34,320 bases of DNA from Paraphysomonas bandaiensis (GCA_965644295.1 CBFFRP010000224.1:1-34320); one strand, 5' to 3'. Shown: positions 9,089 to 21,193, numbered from the stretch's first letter. The notes: a model not told the origin generated them from the sequence alone. Numbers and translations: made by a program.

Positions 9089-10133
9089 ATGCGGAAGAGA
9101 TCCCTTGAAGATGACTCAGAGGCTGATGGAGACACTGTGCTGAATGAGACCACTACACCTCAAACTAAGCGTGGTAGACCACCAGGATCAAAGAATAAGG
9201 CCAAAATATTGCAGGAGGGGCGTCGAAGCAATCGTTTATGTGATTTAAACCCTAAATTGCCTCCGAGATTGCCTTTAAGACCCCTAGCAGGCCCCATCGC
9301 CATGCTGCCCCTATCTTCACTCCGTCTGAGCCAAAGGCGGACCCATTGGAATTTATATGTCCAAGTAGTCGCTGCAGTGGTACTACTCTGTCTATGGATG
9401 ATATAAGCATGTCTTTGAGGTTAATTTCATGCATGCGTCATGACTTCTATAACGGCCATCAACTGAGAAGTATTACTGACGTCATGAATCGCGCTAGCGA
9501 CTATTTAGGTATTGGCGTTAGTACGCTATACAGCCTATGAAAAGAATGGGCTGATAACAAGGGTACCACACTTCCTCATAGCAGCTATGAATCGATATAT
9601 CCGGGGCGCATGAAATACATTAACTCGGATTGGCCAGGTCCTACACGAGCAGAGGTAATGAATCCCTTCAAGGTTATTAATCTTCTAAGTTTGACATAAG
9701 TTTTGGCCTATCAGAAGTGAGGAAGGTAGAACAGTAGAGTTGCCGGATATACAGAAGTGGTTTAAGGATGCTCACAACCTTGAGGTTACACATTATCAGC
9801 ACATTATCAGCTAAGGTATCGAATGACCAAAATGGGTTTCCGTTTTGGAAAAATGCGTAAGCTGTGCCTTCGTCGTGAAAGTGCAAGTATCACAAATAAG
9901 CGTCGCATTTACCTTAAGCGTCGTTTGGAATGTAATAAGCGCATTGAGTGTAGAATATCTGAACGTCAAGTGTGGGAGAATAATGGACAAGTTGGTCCAC
10001 GCCCGAGTTAGATATCGTGAGTTAGAACAAGAGTTAGATATCATGAGAAGGGTGTGTATTCTGATGTTATAGACTTAGCTGAGTATGAAGAGGATGATAC
10101 TGATGTAGACGTTGATGATTCAGTTGTAAAGTG
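9089..10133 (+). pseudogene. Decayed IS630/Tc1/mariner-like transposase N-terminus (AT-hook, HTH, winged HTH); no DDE domain seen
   Basis: KRGRPPGSKNK; NRASDYLGIGVSTLYSL*KEW; VELPDIQKWFKDAHNLEVTHYQ/LRYRMTKMGFRFGK..RESASITNKRRIYL. Contains stops, frameshifts and an 11-bp duplication at 9790-9811. No TIRs found. Confidence 0.65.
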
Positions 10134-10974
10134 AGACGATGAGGTTGATGTGTGGCAAGGTGATAATGATGACTACTTGGAATAAAAAGTAACTATTAGT
10201 CAATTAGCTCCAGTTTTTCATGCTATTTATTTTGTTTTACAACTTCTTATGATACATATAGTATCTAAACTAACTAGATACTATTAGTACAACTCTAGAA
10301 GTACTATACAACACTCTAAGTTTAGTTGAAAATATAGCTTGTTATCTGCTAAAACTATTTCGATTTATGAGGTCGCTCAGCACTTTTAACAACAAACTAA
10401 CTTAAAGTAACTTTTACGTAATAATACGTTGCATATATAGTAGAGAGCATTTACTCTGTGTGATGCTTGTAACTGTATACCTACCTGTGCATAATATATT
10501 ATAGCATAATATATTTGACGTAGTTTTTGGTGATATTATGTAGAAATCGGAGAAAATTCAAATAAGCAACGGGAAGTCGGATCAAGATAGCTTTAGTAGC
10601 ACTTTACACAGGTGCAATATCACTTTTTATCATTTTCATTCAAGTTTCTGCAATTCGTATGTATGGTGTTTTGGTTAGTTGTACTTATACATCTATTTAC
10701 ACGGCATATGTATCGAAAAATATAAATATTACTGTAGAATAGTCACTGTTATGTCATTGTGTTTTGTTTACGCTGTATATGATGTTCTAATTATGTCTAT
10801 TTCACTATTCGATATATATCTGGTAAAAATCAAGTTTTTCTTCGGTAATATATGTGTATAACTGTACAAGTAAATTAGAATAAGCAACGCCCATGTATTT
10901 CAAGATAGATAGCATGTTATATAAGTGTTCATATGAATCTATCTAGAGCATATAGCTCAGGGTCTGGTAACCAT

Positions 10975-11355
10975 ATATGAATTTATATTATTTCTTTCCT
11001 GAGGATCCACAGCAACCATGGCCTCGTCCATTTCTCGATAATTAACGTAAACCTTAACCTTGCTATGTTGAACACAACGCACTTTCAAGTAAGAAAATTA
11101 TAATAATAATTCTGAACACTTCACTACATATTCGTGTAACATATGTTGAAACATCTGTTCTCAGCAACAACATCTGTTTATCATATGTTCATCAGTCGGT
11201 TCAATATCTTGTATAGTCTCACATCAGTAACTGAATTTAATTACTTTGTACGTATAATCACCCGTTACACTATGAGTTGACTTTACCTATTGCACACTAC
11301 TATTAAGTCACTTCAATTGCGCAATACATATCACATCATATTGCAGAACTCAACA
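10975..11355 (-). mobile_element. Solo Copia-type LTR (about 381 bp) inserted in the left hAT TIR
   Basis: Starts TGTTGAGTTCTGC on the minus strand and is flanked by ACCAT/ACCAT. Removing it restores the TIR. Its end TATAAATTCAT matches the LTR end at 31314-31324. Confidence 0.75.
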
Positions 11356-11589
11356 ACCATTAATGGCCCATTAATGGTAGTCCAGTTCCCGGCAATTATA
11401 ATGGCATTAATGAAAAATGTCCCGGCAATTATATAAAATAATGGCATATTACCATTAATGACCATTAATAGCTACTAACTTAAAGTAGATAGCACCACTC
11501 ATATAATAACAGACTCTACAAATTTTAACTACTTCTCGCTCTCTACTGGCATATCAGGAACTTCTTACAGAGGGCTTCATGGAGGGTAT

Positions 11590-12240
11590 AAACATCTCAC
11601 AACATGTAATTGGCTCTTAGAAATAGCAACGATTCTAGACGATATGGATTCATGTTTCTACGCTCAGATGTCATGATTATTAACCAACTTACACGACTAA
11701 AGAGCCTCTCAACAACATGAAGCAAGCAGCGGTAGTTGGAATCATAGGTACCAAGTCGAGCTCTCTTAGTGACCTCGGCGCTGTCCAGAACACGCTGTGC
11801 AAAATCAGTTCCTTAACTGTCGCCCTCGTTATTTCTGTCGGGTACCCCAACCTCCATGGATGAATCCAGTTGCAAATAATGTCTAACTGCTCTTCTCTCA
11901 TTGCCTGTCAACTCTCTTTCATCGTTCCCTTGAATTTTAGCCACTGCCTTCTCAAATTTCCTTTCCACGAGTATATGTGTGCGTTGTAAATATTATATCA
12001 CTGTCGTCACTGAGAGGGGTGCTAAATTGGTGTTCTTCCGAACATACTTATTCTCCACGATAAAAAATGGTTCGTCGTTCATAACTATCCATTCCAGCCA
12101 CCGAAATAAATTCCTTGTAGCAGGAAATACTTTCTTTCTTACTAAAGACAATAAATCGCCCCCGTGAAGTCTTTCACTTCCCAAAATTCTCTCGAGCTCC
12201 TCTCGCCAAGAAAAATCCGCATGTTCGGTGCCCTTGGTTA
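11590..12240 (-). pseudogene. hAT transposase remnants
   Basis: NLFRWLEWIVMNDEPFFIVENKYVRKNTNLAPLSVTT and the C-terminal dimerisation-domain-like NPYRLESLLFLRANYML*DV, across broken frames. Confidence 0.8.
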
Positions 12241-12422
12241 TATGATTAGCACAACTCGTGTAACCTCGCTTTATATCTTGTTTAAGGCGGTCATTGCAAA
12301 ACGAACAAATATATATGATACAGGGAATTCTCTGAATCTACTCGGGAGAAGACTCTGTAAATTACACTGCCATAAATGTTTTCGGCCATCATCGTTGCTT
12401 AATATAATATTATGGTATAAAT

Positions 12423-12578
12423 CAAGGATAGGGAACAATATATTGTATTGAAATATGTTGTACAATACATTGAAATATATTGTAATATATATATATATAT
12501 TGATTTTGGTGGACTGGTCAAATATTCCATCAATATTATTGTTTCTGTTAAAGTAGCTCACAATATATTGCTATATTA
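12423..12578. mobile_element. One-ended fragment of hAT family B nested in element A
   Basis: Matches the reverse complement of about 18850-19004 (CA[A/G]GGATAGGGAACAATATATTGTATTG...GGTGGACTGGTCAAATATTCCATCAATA). Confidence 0.9.
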
Positions 12579-12943
12579 TCTTAAAAACACTCAGTTCAAT
12601 ATATAATATATAGCAGTACAGGCCATTAATGGTAGTCCGGTTCCCGGCAATTATAATGGCATCAATGACAAATGTCCCGGCAATTGTAATGGCATTACCA
12701 TTAATGGCCATTACCATTAACGCTTGCCAGGCCCTGATCTAGCTAGCTAACGAGCGAAACTTAGCATAGCATTCATCAGACAGTTGTTTATTTCGAATCC
12801 CACCTGTAGTCGAATCATGGCACACACATAAATGTGAAATAAAGAGTCGCGATAAGGGTAAATAATTTCTACAGCTTACGAAGGGTGAAGTATACGTAAC
12901 TTTAATTTGCACAATCATATACTTAAAATCGGCGTCATAATTT

Positions 12944-14221
12944 TTATTCGTGATACTTCATCTTTCCACGGCGACATTTAGAAGTAAAAATATACAATGA
13001 AAACGTATGTACAATGCAGAAAAGTGCGGTAAATAAATAATACAAATTTAAGTTTGCTCTGTCAGCCAAACTCTGGCTCCGTATCACGGAGAAAGCTCTA
13101 CTGATATTGTGAGGATGTAAGAACGAGTCATAGTGCTTGAGGGCATCAAGGTTGCTTGACCAGATATGCTTCACCTCAGGTGTGGGGCTACCTTTAAAAT
13201 CATGCCAGAACATATCCCACGTAGTGTTATCATACCATTCCGAAACAGAAGCGTTATCAGGGACCTCATATCTATTCACTAATTGAAGAATATAAGGACA
13301 CACATACTTTACTGGTACATTTTCTACACAATATATCTCTCCGTTTTGGTTACGTCTCGTCATACTAAAAAGCATAGATCGAATATCATGTGTTGGGTTA
13401 AAAGTTTCTCGCCAGTTGATGTCAGTCTTGTGGTCCACAACAATAGGTCTCCCAATCGATAGATTTAGAACAATACGAGAAAAGTCGAAGTCCAGCATAT
13501 ACCACACAACTCCTCGATATTCAACCCTTTTAACAATATTATACAAGTGAAGATCTCTATGCATAAAGTGAAATTCGTTCTGCAATGCCGACAGACAACC
13601 AGAAATACTGATCATAGTTTCGGCGAACTCAGCATCATCTCTCCATTCATTTTGACGAAATGCTATTGCATCATTGATGTATTCCATACCCAAGTAATAC
13701 CTTCTTTGGTCTATGAAACTTCCATCAGCCTGTTGCTCTCTTAAAAGCATCTTAGAAGAAAATATAAACTTCGGTATATACACATTTCCACATTCATTTG
13801 CAGCATGTGTACTAAACTCATGCACGGCTTTATGTATCGTTGCCTCTACTGTAATATCATCTGCAGTTACATAGTCTTCCATCTCTTCAACTTCTTTCAC
13901 TATAATCATATCTGTGCTGTGAAGTATCACAGAGAAGTCTGTCATGCAATTAACAATCCATCCTGCCATTATATTCCATCTACTATGAACCAGTTCTTTA
14001 GATATAAATATATTGGGACATGATGCATTAAAATCAATAGATGTGATATCATCCACAAGCACAGAATATTCCCCGAATTTTCTTCGTACAATAGACATGA
14101 GTGTGTATGCTGTTTTTGTAATGTTATCTGATTTTTTGTGTAGTCTGAGAGAGTGCTGAACTACACTGCTGTATGATATATGGAGACGCTGCGAGACGGT
14201 TTCATGATGCACAGGTCTCAT
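12944..14221 (-). CDS. Intronless atypical protein kinase (HRDLHxxN type)
   Basis: IIVKE (beta3 Lys), TVEATIH (alphaC Glu), LGMEYI, FMHRDLHLYNI, MLDFDFS and FNPTHDIR. First ATG at 14221. Confidence 0.8.
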   Translation of the reverse strand: MRPVHHETVSQRLHISYSSVVQHSLRLHKKSDNITKTAYTLMSIVRRKFGEYSVLVDDITSIDFNASCPNIFISKELVHSRWNIMAGWIVNCMTDFSVILHSTDMIIVKEVEEMEDYVTADDITVEATIHKAVHEFSTHAANECGNVYIPKFIFSSKMLLREQQADGSFIDQRRYYLGMEYINDAIAFRQNEWRDDAEFAETMISISGCLSALQNEFHFMHRDLHLYNIVKRVEYRGVVWYMLDFDFSRIVLNLSIGRPIVVDHKTDINWRETFNPTHDIRSMLFSMTRRNQNGEIYCVENVPVKYVCPYILQLVNRYEVPDNASVSEWYDNTTWDMFWHDFKGSPTPEVKHIWSSNLDALKHYDSFLHPHNISRAFSVIRSQSLADRANLNLYYLFTALFCIVHTFSLYIFTSKCRRGKMKYHE

Positions 14222-14714
14222 AGAGAGTCCGATCACAGATGATAATGCTATGAGTGAAAGTGAAATGATGTGGATATATCACTAAGTGATGATATGATTG
14301 AATGAAGACAGTGATGATTCTACCAACCTGCTATCTGTGCCTACCAACATACACACTGTAGGTGTGCATGTATGGATATGCAGCCTATACATGCGAAAAA
14401 CTTCCACAGTCGAGTTTTTCGTGTAAAAAGTGGGATTTAGATTAAAAAATGGTACTTTTTATGTAAAAACCCTCACCGCGAAATATCGCGAGTGTACTTC
14501 ACGATATGATGATACGGATATGCAAGCGTACAACACACGCACTTGTGTCATTGATGTCCCCTCTGGCCGCGTATGGTATGCAGCAGTGTGTCCAGTAACG
14601 ACCACAGAGCTGTTAGCATATACACACACAGGCAGCACATGCCTATATATATACATATATATGAGATCCTTATCAAACATATCAATCTCTCAATCCACTC
14701 ACTAGACTCTCCTG

Positions 14715-14752
14715 TCATATCCTCCCTCATATCCTCCCTCATATCCTCATAT
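14715..14752. repeat. 12-bp tandem repeat (TCATATCCTCCC) in the divergent intergenic region
   Basis: tcatatcctccc tcatatcctccc tcatatcc tcatat. Confidence 0.85.
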
Positions 14753-14880
14753 TATAGTCTACATCACACAATGAACACTGTAGTAGTGGCTGTACATAGT
14801 CCCTTATAGGGCCTCATATGCACTGTAGTTAATCATATGGATAGAAGACAACCTCTCTAATGGGATAACTGCACTTAGAC

Positions 14881-17800
14881 ATGACAACGATGTCAAGCAG
14901 TAGTCCGGATGCATCAATAGTTGCTACTATAATATCTCAGTTGACTGTTGGAGTGTGTCTGTATGTCTTCTTTGAGAAACACAGAGCTCACAGAGAGATG
15001 AATGAGAAGAGAATACATACACGTAAACCCCTTCCAGAGCCTCTCACTGACAGCTTGTTTAGTTGGTTCAATGCATCTGCTCGAGTGGCCTGTAATCACG
15101 ATAACCTGTATACTATAGTCGGCCTTGATGCGTATTTGTTCCTAAGATACTTACGTCTCTGCTGGTTAGGTGGTGCTTGCTGCGCGTTTATAGCTATGAT
15201 CACATTGTTGCCCTTATACTATCACTTGCAGACCGAGTTCAGTGTCTCTGGATTAACTATGAGCACCATTCCTCCTGGAGACCCCTTCCTGTGGGTCCCA
15301 TGTGGAACCTGTTGGCTATTTTCGCTTATGTACTTATACGTGATTGGACTAGAGGTCGAAGAAGTTGTTCGCTGGAAGAGAAGATATTTATATGAAGGTG
15401 ACCCTGATATCCCGCATCAAACGCATTATTCCGCTATCGTGGAAAACATACCGAAGGAGTATCAGAACACGGTAAAGTTGCGAATCTTATTTGAAACTCT
15501 GTTTCCCGGCGATGTACAGTTTACATCTATTGGGATTTGCTTGACTCCGGCTTTGAAAACATACGAAGAAAGGAAAGCAAGCATGTGGGAGTTGGAAATT
15601 GCTGGTCATCTTACTGCAGTAGCTAAGAATCGTGGAAAGCCCGAGCCACATATAACAGTGTATGAGTCGAATCAAGACGCACTGCAGAATCAACGCCTTA
15701 TTGATCCTGGAGTCCGTGATCAGACTACATCTAGGAGTAAAGGTTTCAGTAAGAAAAAGAAACGAAAGATTAAGTCTCTTGCCCACTTCGAGGAACAGGT
15801 GGCCCGTCAAACTGTTGAAATCAATAACATGCGCGCTCAAGCCGTTGCTGCAAGTGCTGGTGCACCTTACGAAGCAAAAGAGGTCACAGTTGTTGTTCGC
15901 TCTTACAATGATTTTGCCACTAATGCATCGTTGCCGTCTCAACAACGTAAATGTCACCAGGTACCTCTCTTTGTTGAACGCGCGAGTGATAATAATAATA
16001 CAGCTATAAATTCTTCGAGATTACTCCCAGGAGGCAGCTCTTGTGATTATCCCCAATCACTGGTTCAGTCTCCCGGAGAGGCACCATCACTAACAGGTCA
16101 GGGATGTCCAGTTACTGATAAGCTCGTCACTTCTCCTCAACGCCCAGTATTTGCTGGAAATCTCAAGAAGAAAATGGCGTCGTATCGCCGTGTGCATTCG
16201 TATCCAGTCCCTGAAATATCTGTGACGGTTCCTATTGAAAGAAGACACAGCCGGCCTGAGGGTTTGACCGAAAAATGTAGCATAGATGGCTTCCAGACTT
16301 GTACGCCTTTGATACACTCAATACAATCCTCGAGACCGTCTTTTTCAAAGAGTTTGTCGCGGAAAATATCTGTGACCAAAATCAAAACTAGAAGAGTTGC
16401 TGCTACCTCGACATCAACACCAGTCAGCTCATCGGATAGTGTACAATCCACGGAGCATATTCTTGTAAAAAACGAGTGTGATGATGTAAAAAATGATCCT
16501 TCGCAGCGTGAAGTATCCGATGTGAACTCTCCAACCCAAACGAACAAGACATTGATCGGAGGCTCTAACAACACAGTGACTGCGAGTGATTCATCTGATG
16601 CACTGCACTGTTCTAGTAATGACAGAGTAATAACCGTATCCGAAGAAGTTTGTATTACAGATAAATCTCTGACGAGTACTGGGTTCGTGACATTTCGCAG
16701 CAGGAAAGCTCAACTTGAGGCTATAAGTTTGTCGCCATTGTCTCATATTTACCGTGACCTCACATGTACTCATTGTCCTTGCCCTAAAGATATCATATGG
16801 TCTAATATAGCTAGCACTCCTTATCAGATTCAGCTGACCGCTATGTTGGTGAAGACATGTTATTGTGTTGGTATACTCCTTTTCTCAATGATACTGAGTG
16901 GTGTGGCGGTCCTTGCAGACTTAAACACTTTGCAGAAATACGCACCACAGCTATCCAATTTACCAGCACCGCTCTACGCCTACCTGAATGGCCAGCTTGC
17001 TGTAATGGTTCATGGAGGGGTTATGTCGGTACTACCTCATATCTTTCGTACAGTGAGTGTGAAAATCGAAAGGCGGAAGACTAAAACTGCTGTTGTAGCT
17101 CAAGTAATTACTTGGTAAGTACGAAATGTCACAGTTTGTTATGCATATGACACTCACTTAGGTTTTTTCTATACCAATTGGCCAATGTTTACGTCGTCAT
17201 AGCAGCTGGTACAGTTTTGAAAGTTGCGTCATCTATCGCAAGAAGTCCTGTTGAAGCACTGTTAAGTGTTGCCGACGTTTTGCCTTCAGGGTCCGTATTT
17301 TTTATCAATGTAATGTTAACATGGGTGCTTGCTGGCGCACCTGTGTCGTTGCTGGGTCTATCACCACTAGAACTGTGGGGTATATACTATAAAAAGATTC
17401 AGCGCTTTGCTATCAATGGTTTACAGGGGTTGAAAAAGCACAATGCAATGATTGGATTTCCTGTTACAGCAGTTGACATGGATTATGACTTCAGGATTCC
17501 ATGTTTATTGTTTGTACAGTGTGTGTGCTTTACGTACTGGATAATTGCGCCAGTAGTTATGATTGTGGGAACGATGTGGTTTGGAGCACAATATGGCACT
17601 TTAAGATATTTGTTGTGCTACGTGATTGCACCGACGCAGTCGGAGTCAGGTGGAAAGATGTGGGTTCAGCTGGTAAATTATTCACTTGTGTCATTGTTCA
17701 TGGCCACTTTGCTGACTCTGATATATATGGCATTGAAGGAAGGGCTTTATCAAACCATAATTATGTTGCCACTTCCTGTTGTGATATATAGTATACGGTG

Positions 17801-17936
17801 CAATATTTTTGGCAGTGATCGATGCCATGATTTTATCCCTCGTAATATAGCCCTGCAGATGGATGCAACCAGCGGAGAAATACTTACAAAATTTCGGCAT
17901 GATTACTTTTCTCCAGAAAATCTTCAGCCCTTGTAG
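14881..17936 (+). CDS. CSC1/OSCA/TMEM63-family stress-gated cation channel, 2 exons (intron 17115-17161)
   Basis: VGLDAYLFLRYLRL, YSAIVENIP, FETLFPGDV, TGFVTFRS, PCPKDIIWSNI, SVFFINVML and ESGGKMW. A 47-nt GT-AG intron joins the two ORFs in frame (ITW-FFLYQLAN). Confidence 0.93.
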
Positions 17937-18205
17937 GTATACTTCAGCCAAAAAGATTTCGACATTATAATCGGGCTTGTAACTGTTGTGGAATACATAG
18001 AAGCCCATTTTAATGCTCGGCATGAAGTATTTTTGTTTGTGTGAAGCAGAATATCTCTGCGATGTGTGTTTATTAGTAGGCATGTGACTTAGTGAATGTT
18101 GTGACAATACTTGTTCCAGACAATACTAATAATTGTACAGTACTTTGTATGTTTGTGGGGAGGTGTGTGTGTTGCTATGTTTCGATCAATAGTAACACTA
18201 GATAT

Positions 18206-19004
18206 CAGGGATAGGGAACAATATATTGCAATACTATTGTTAGATAGCGTTCCATCAATAGTATTGATGGATTTTTTAAACCGGTCCTACAATACAATTA
18301 CAATATATTGCAATATACTGTCAATGTATTGCAATATATTAGTATGGCTAATCAGAAGGTAAACACATCCGTAGATTTCATTATTAGTATTAGTCATTAA
18401 GATCACATGACAATCAAACCAACTGCTGCTTATAGCTACTAAAAATCCACCTCGTCCTCATCCTCTGAGCCATCATCGGTGACGTCAACATCGCCATATT
18501 CATCCACAGAATTAATTGAAATATGCTAGTAACCGGCCATAACTGTCGAATAGCTTTCAGAAACAAAAGTAGGATGTAGGATGGATACTTTTGCGCAACA
18601 CTGATATAATATGTTTAGCTGTGCTGAACAGACGTTCCCATGTATTGGAAGTTCCCATACCAGGGCCAGGCAACCGTTAACGACTCGTGGATCTGTACGT
18701 TTCTTAATTTTTTGAGCTGACTGAAGGTTTTTAGTCGCATAGTCAACATCAGCTTCATTATCCTTTGTAATGTTGTAATCAATTTCTCGGTTATTTATAT
18801 CCATTTTGCACCCTACAGTTGAGAATCTTCTCTTATATGACTATCATAATATTGATTGCAATATATTGCAATAGTACTGTGAGCTCTTTTAACAGAAACA
18901 CTATTGATGGAATATTTGACCAGTCCACCAATCAATATATTTTACAATATATTGCAATATATTGTACAATGTATTGCAATACAATATATTGTTCCCTATC
19001 CCTG
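18206..19004 (-). mobile_element. Non-autonomous hAT element (family B, 799 bp)
   Basis: Perfect 23-bp TIR CAGGGATAGGGAACAATATATTG and perfect 8-bp TSD CTAGATAT. ATATTGCA subterminal repeats. Internal transposase C-terminus remnant TSNTWERLFSTAKHII..FLKAIRQLW on the minus strand. Confidence 0.96.
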
Positions 19005-19106
19005 CTAGATATGAACTTTTCTTTGTGCATCAGCTTGCAACACACCATCAAGTAATACTGTGATAATCGAGGCTAAGTTTTGCTAAAATAATAAATAAAA
19101 TAAAAT

Positions 19107-21193
19107 TTTTGCCAACTCCAGCAATGTATTGCAATCCAATATACTTTTACCTGGCCCTGGTGATAATACCAACACCCTGACCAACATTATCCGCACATTA
19201 GAACTGGATGATGTAACCGCGGATACATATCAGGCAATCTTCACCGACGGCTCATACACGCCTACAGCCCTATCCCCGCGCCGCATTACGCATGTAAACC
19301 CACGTACAAGATGGGCACATTATGGAGGAGCGGCGGCAGTCTGGCTCCCCCCGGAGGATGAATGGAAGAACGGTACAACAAAAATACTGCGATTAGAGAC
19401 ACCCTTCAGCGACGTGCCTGGACTTGGCCCGTATGCATACGAGCTCATGGGAGCAGCAATGGCGCTTATACTGTCTGCGCGACTCCCATCACACATACCG
19501 ATAAATACGGACTGTAAGGCCGTCTGCATACGCACACACGAAGCACTCTCCGCCAGACGTCGGGCACTGGGGCATCGTGCCAAAGGTGTACTGCTCGAAA
19601 GCATTGCAGCAAATAACGATTGCAAAAGGACAGTAGCCTGGGTCCGATCACACCCCGAACGACGCACCTCTGATGAGTCTGAATGGACATATGAAGACAA
19701 AGGAATTTACATTGCCGACGCAGTAGCAGGAGGGGACTGGCTTGAGGTAGATCGACTACTCGGACGACAAAATTACACTGTCTGTAACATGGAAGTGGAC
19801 CAAGCCATCGAGAGAATACTCACCGAGGGTTTATGGCACTGGCGCCTAACTGGGGAACGACGGCCGTATCGCACTAGCCCCCTGCTCACGGATTTCCAAT
19901 CCCTCCGTAATCAACGGACGCTGGAGGCATATACAGCTCTCCGAGACCAACGCTACGGTCACAATCCCGACCGGGCTCCTGGATACTGGAAAGACAGCGG
20001 AGCACTACTTCCGCGCAAACTGGCGCAAGCAGATGGTGGACCATCAAAGGACAAAGTGAGCTCCCACCTGCGCCAAAGTGTACTAAATGCAGCACTGACA
20101 TGGGACAAATCATTCAGCATAGGAAGAAACCGGGCGAAAACCAAACACGGACTCGACATGGCTAAAGCCGTATGCTCTGACTGCGGATTTAGACTAGACT
20201 CACTCAAGCATATGTGTCTAGACTGCACAAACGACACCATAACGCAGATAAGGGAGTCTGCATTTCACAGCCACAAAAACGCGCTCCTAGAAGAAATGAG
20301 GAATCCGGAATTACCCCAATGGACCACCACTGTACTCCAGCGAATCTCCAGCAGGGCCTGGAACCCTTCCGTGCCACAGGTGGAGAGATTCTGGACGGGT
20401 ACCATCACAATGACACAGCTTGAAATGGTTTTTGGAGATCACATCCATGAATCACTGTCATCCCAAGGACTGCGCAGCATCGAATCCGCGATCATCAAAT
20501 TACTGCTACCGCTGTTCGCTGCAGCAAAGCTCATGATCCAAGATCGCGGAAGAAGATACGTGACCCTACGGAAAGGCCCCCCAAGGCTACTACCGCGGCC
20601 GAGTCCAAACCACAGACAGAAACGGAAACGCCCAAGGGTGCTAAGATTACTAGGAATCCACAGACGAACCGAGACTGGAACACCGCCCACCGTACCTCTG
20701 AACCCTACCAACCATACACAGAGGACCATAGCAACGGACCGTATGAAACCAACAGGCCCTAGACAAAGGCGACGACGTCTCCGGCAACTCCACCTATGCC
20801 CAACGCCCAAACGGTGCATGGCGACACCGCCACATTCCACCACACCATCAACCTCTCAGTCCACACATCTAGTGCTCGGTACACTCAGGACCTTAATACA
20901 GAACCCGGTACCTCAGAGTCAGGCGGAACCGTATCCCAAGGGGAGACCCCCGGACAACACGCGCCAGTGAGTCCTCAGACACACGAGCAGGGCGAATTCA
21001 CACACAAACATCAAGAACGGAAGTGGTTGCACCTTGGTGCTTGCGGCGACGCACAAGCAGCTTCTGTAGCGTTAAATAGTAGGATAATAGAATTTGCGCT
21101 GATTAGTTATGGGTAGAGGTCTAACTAGTAGACTAGTATTCAACTAGCCGCTATATCGAAACGGGTTTTTAACGCCTATTGCTAAATAAAAAG
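19107..21193 (+). mobile_element. 5'-truncated non-LTR retrotransposon (LINE), 3' portion
   Basis: Visibly GC-richer block. RNase H plus CCHC ORF with no RT and no ATG start, followed by a 3' UTR ending in the A-rich TAAATAAAAA. Candidate TSD TGTGATAATC at 19059-19068 and 21206-21215; boundaries are uncertain. Confidence 0.8.
19129..20970 (+). CDS. C-terminal part of LINE ORF2: RNase H, C-x2-C-x7-H-x4-C knuckle, Arg/Pro-rich tail
   Basis: IFTDGS, AYELMG, INTDCK, WVRSHP, GIYIADAVA; CSDCGFRLDSLKHMCLDC. Confidence 0.82.
   Translation: MQSNILLPGPGDNTNTLTNIIRTLELDDVTADTYQAIFTDGSYTPTALSPRRITHVNPRTRWAHYGGAAAVWLPPEDEWKNGTTKILRLETPFSDVPGLGPYAYELMGAAMALILSARLPSHIPINTDCKAVCIRTHEALSARRRALGHRAKGVLLESIAANNDCKRTVAWVRSHPERRTSDESEWTYEDKGIYIADAVAGGDWLEVDRLLGRQNYTVCNMEVDQAIERILTEGLWHWRLTGERRPYRTSPLLTDFQSLRNQRTLEAYTALRDQRYGHNPDRAPGYWKDSGALLPRKLAQADGGPSKDKVSSHLRQSVLNAALTWDKSFSIGRNRAKTKHGLDMAKAVCSDCGFRLDSLKHMCLDCTNDTITQIRESAFHSHKNALLEEMRNPELPQWTTTVLQRISSRAWNPSVPQVERFWTGTITMTQLEMVFGDHIHESLSSQGLRSIESAIIKLLLPLFAAAKLMIQDRGRRYVTLRKGPPRLLPRPSPNHRQKRKRPRVLRLLGIHRRTETGTPPTVPLNPTNHTQRTIATDRMKPTGPRQRRRRLRQLHLCPTPKRCMATPPHSTTPSTSQSTHLVLGTLRTLIQNPVPQSQAEPYPKGRPPDNTRQ

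Larger units (their letters stand above)
10958..12736 (-). mobile_element. Non-autonomous hAT element (family A) with nested insertions
   Basis: TIRs CAGGGTCTGGTAACCAT(TAATGG) and CAGGGCCTGGCAAGCGTTAATGG. 8-bp TSD ATATAGCT/ATCTAGCT (7/8). Subterminal CCATTAATGG and CCCGGCAATT arrays at both ends. Confidence 0.9.

Noticed and set aside
8712-10680. TIRs for the Tc1-like relic
   Set aside because: No convincing inverted partner for TACAAGTACGAGAAAGG was found.
192-11360. ACCAT next to both the LTR at 191 and the solo LTR at 10975-11355
   Set aside because: The elements belong to different superfamilies and the match is only 5 bp, so coincidence is sufficient.
11356-11470. CRISPR-like or regulatory repeat array (CCATTAATGG)
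   Set aside because: Irregular short repeats without spacers, mirrored at 12622-12720; explained as hAT subterminal repeats.
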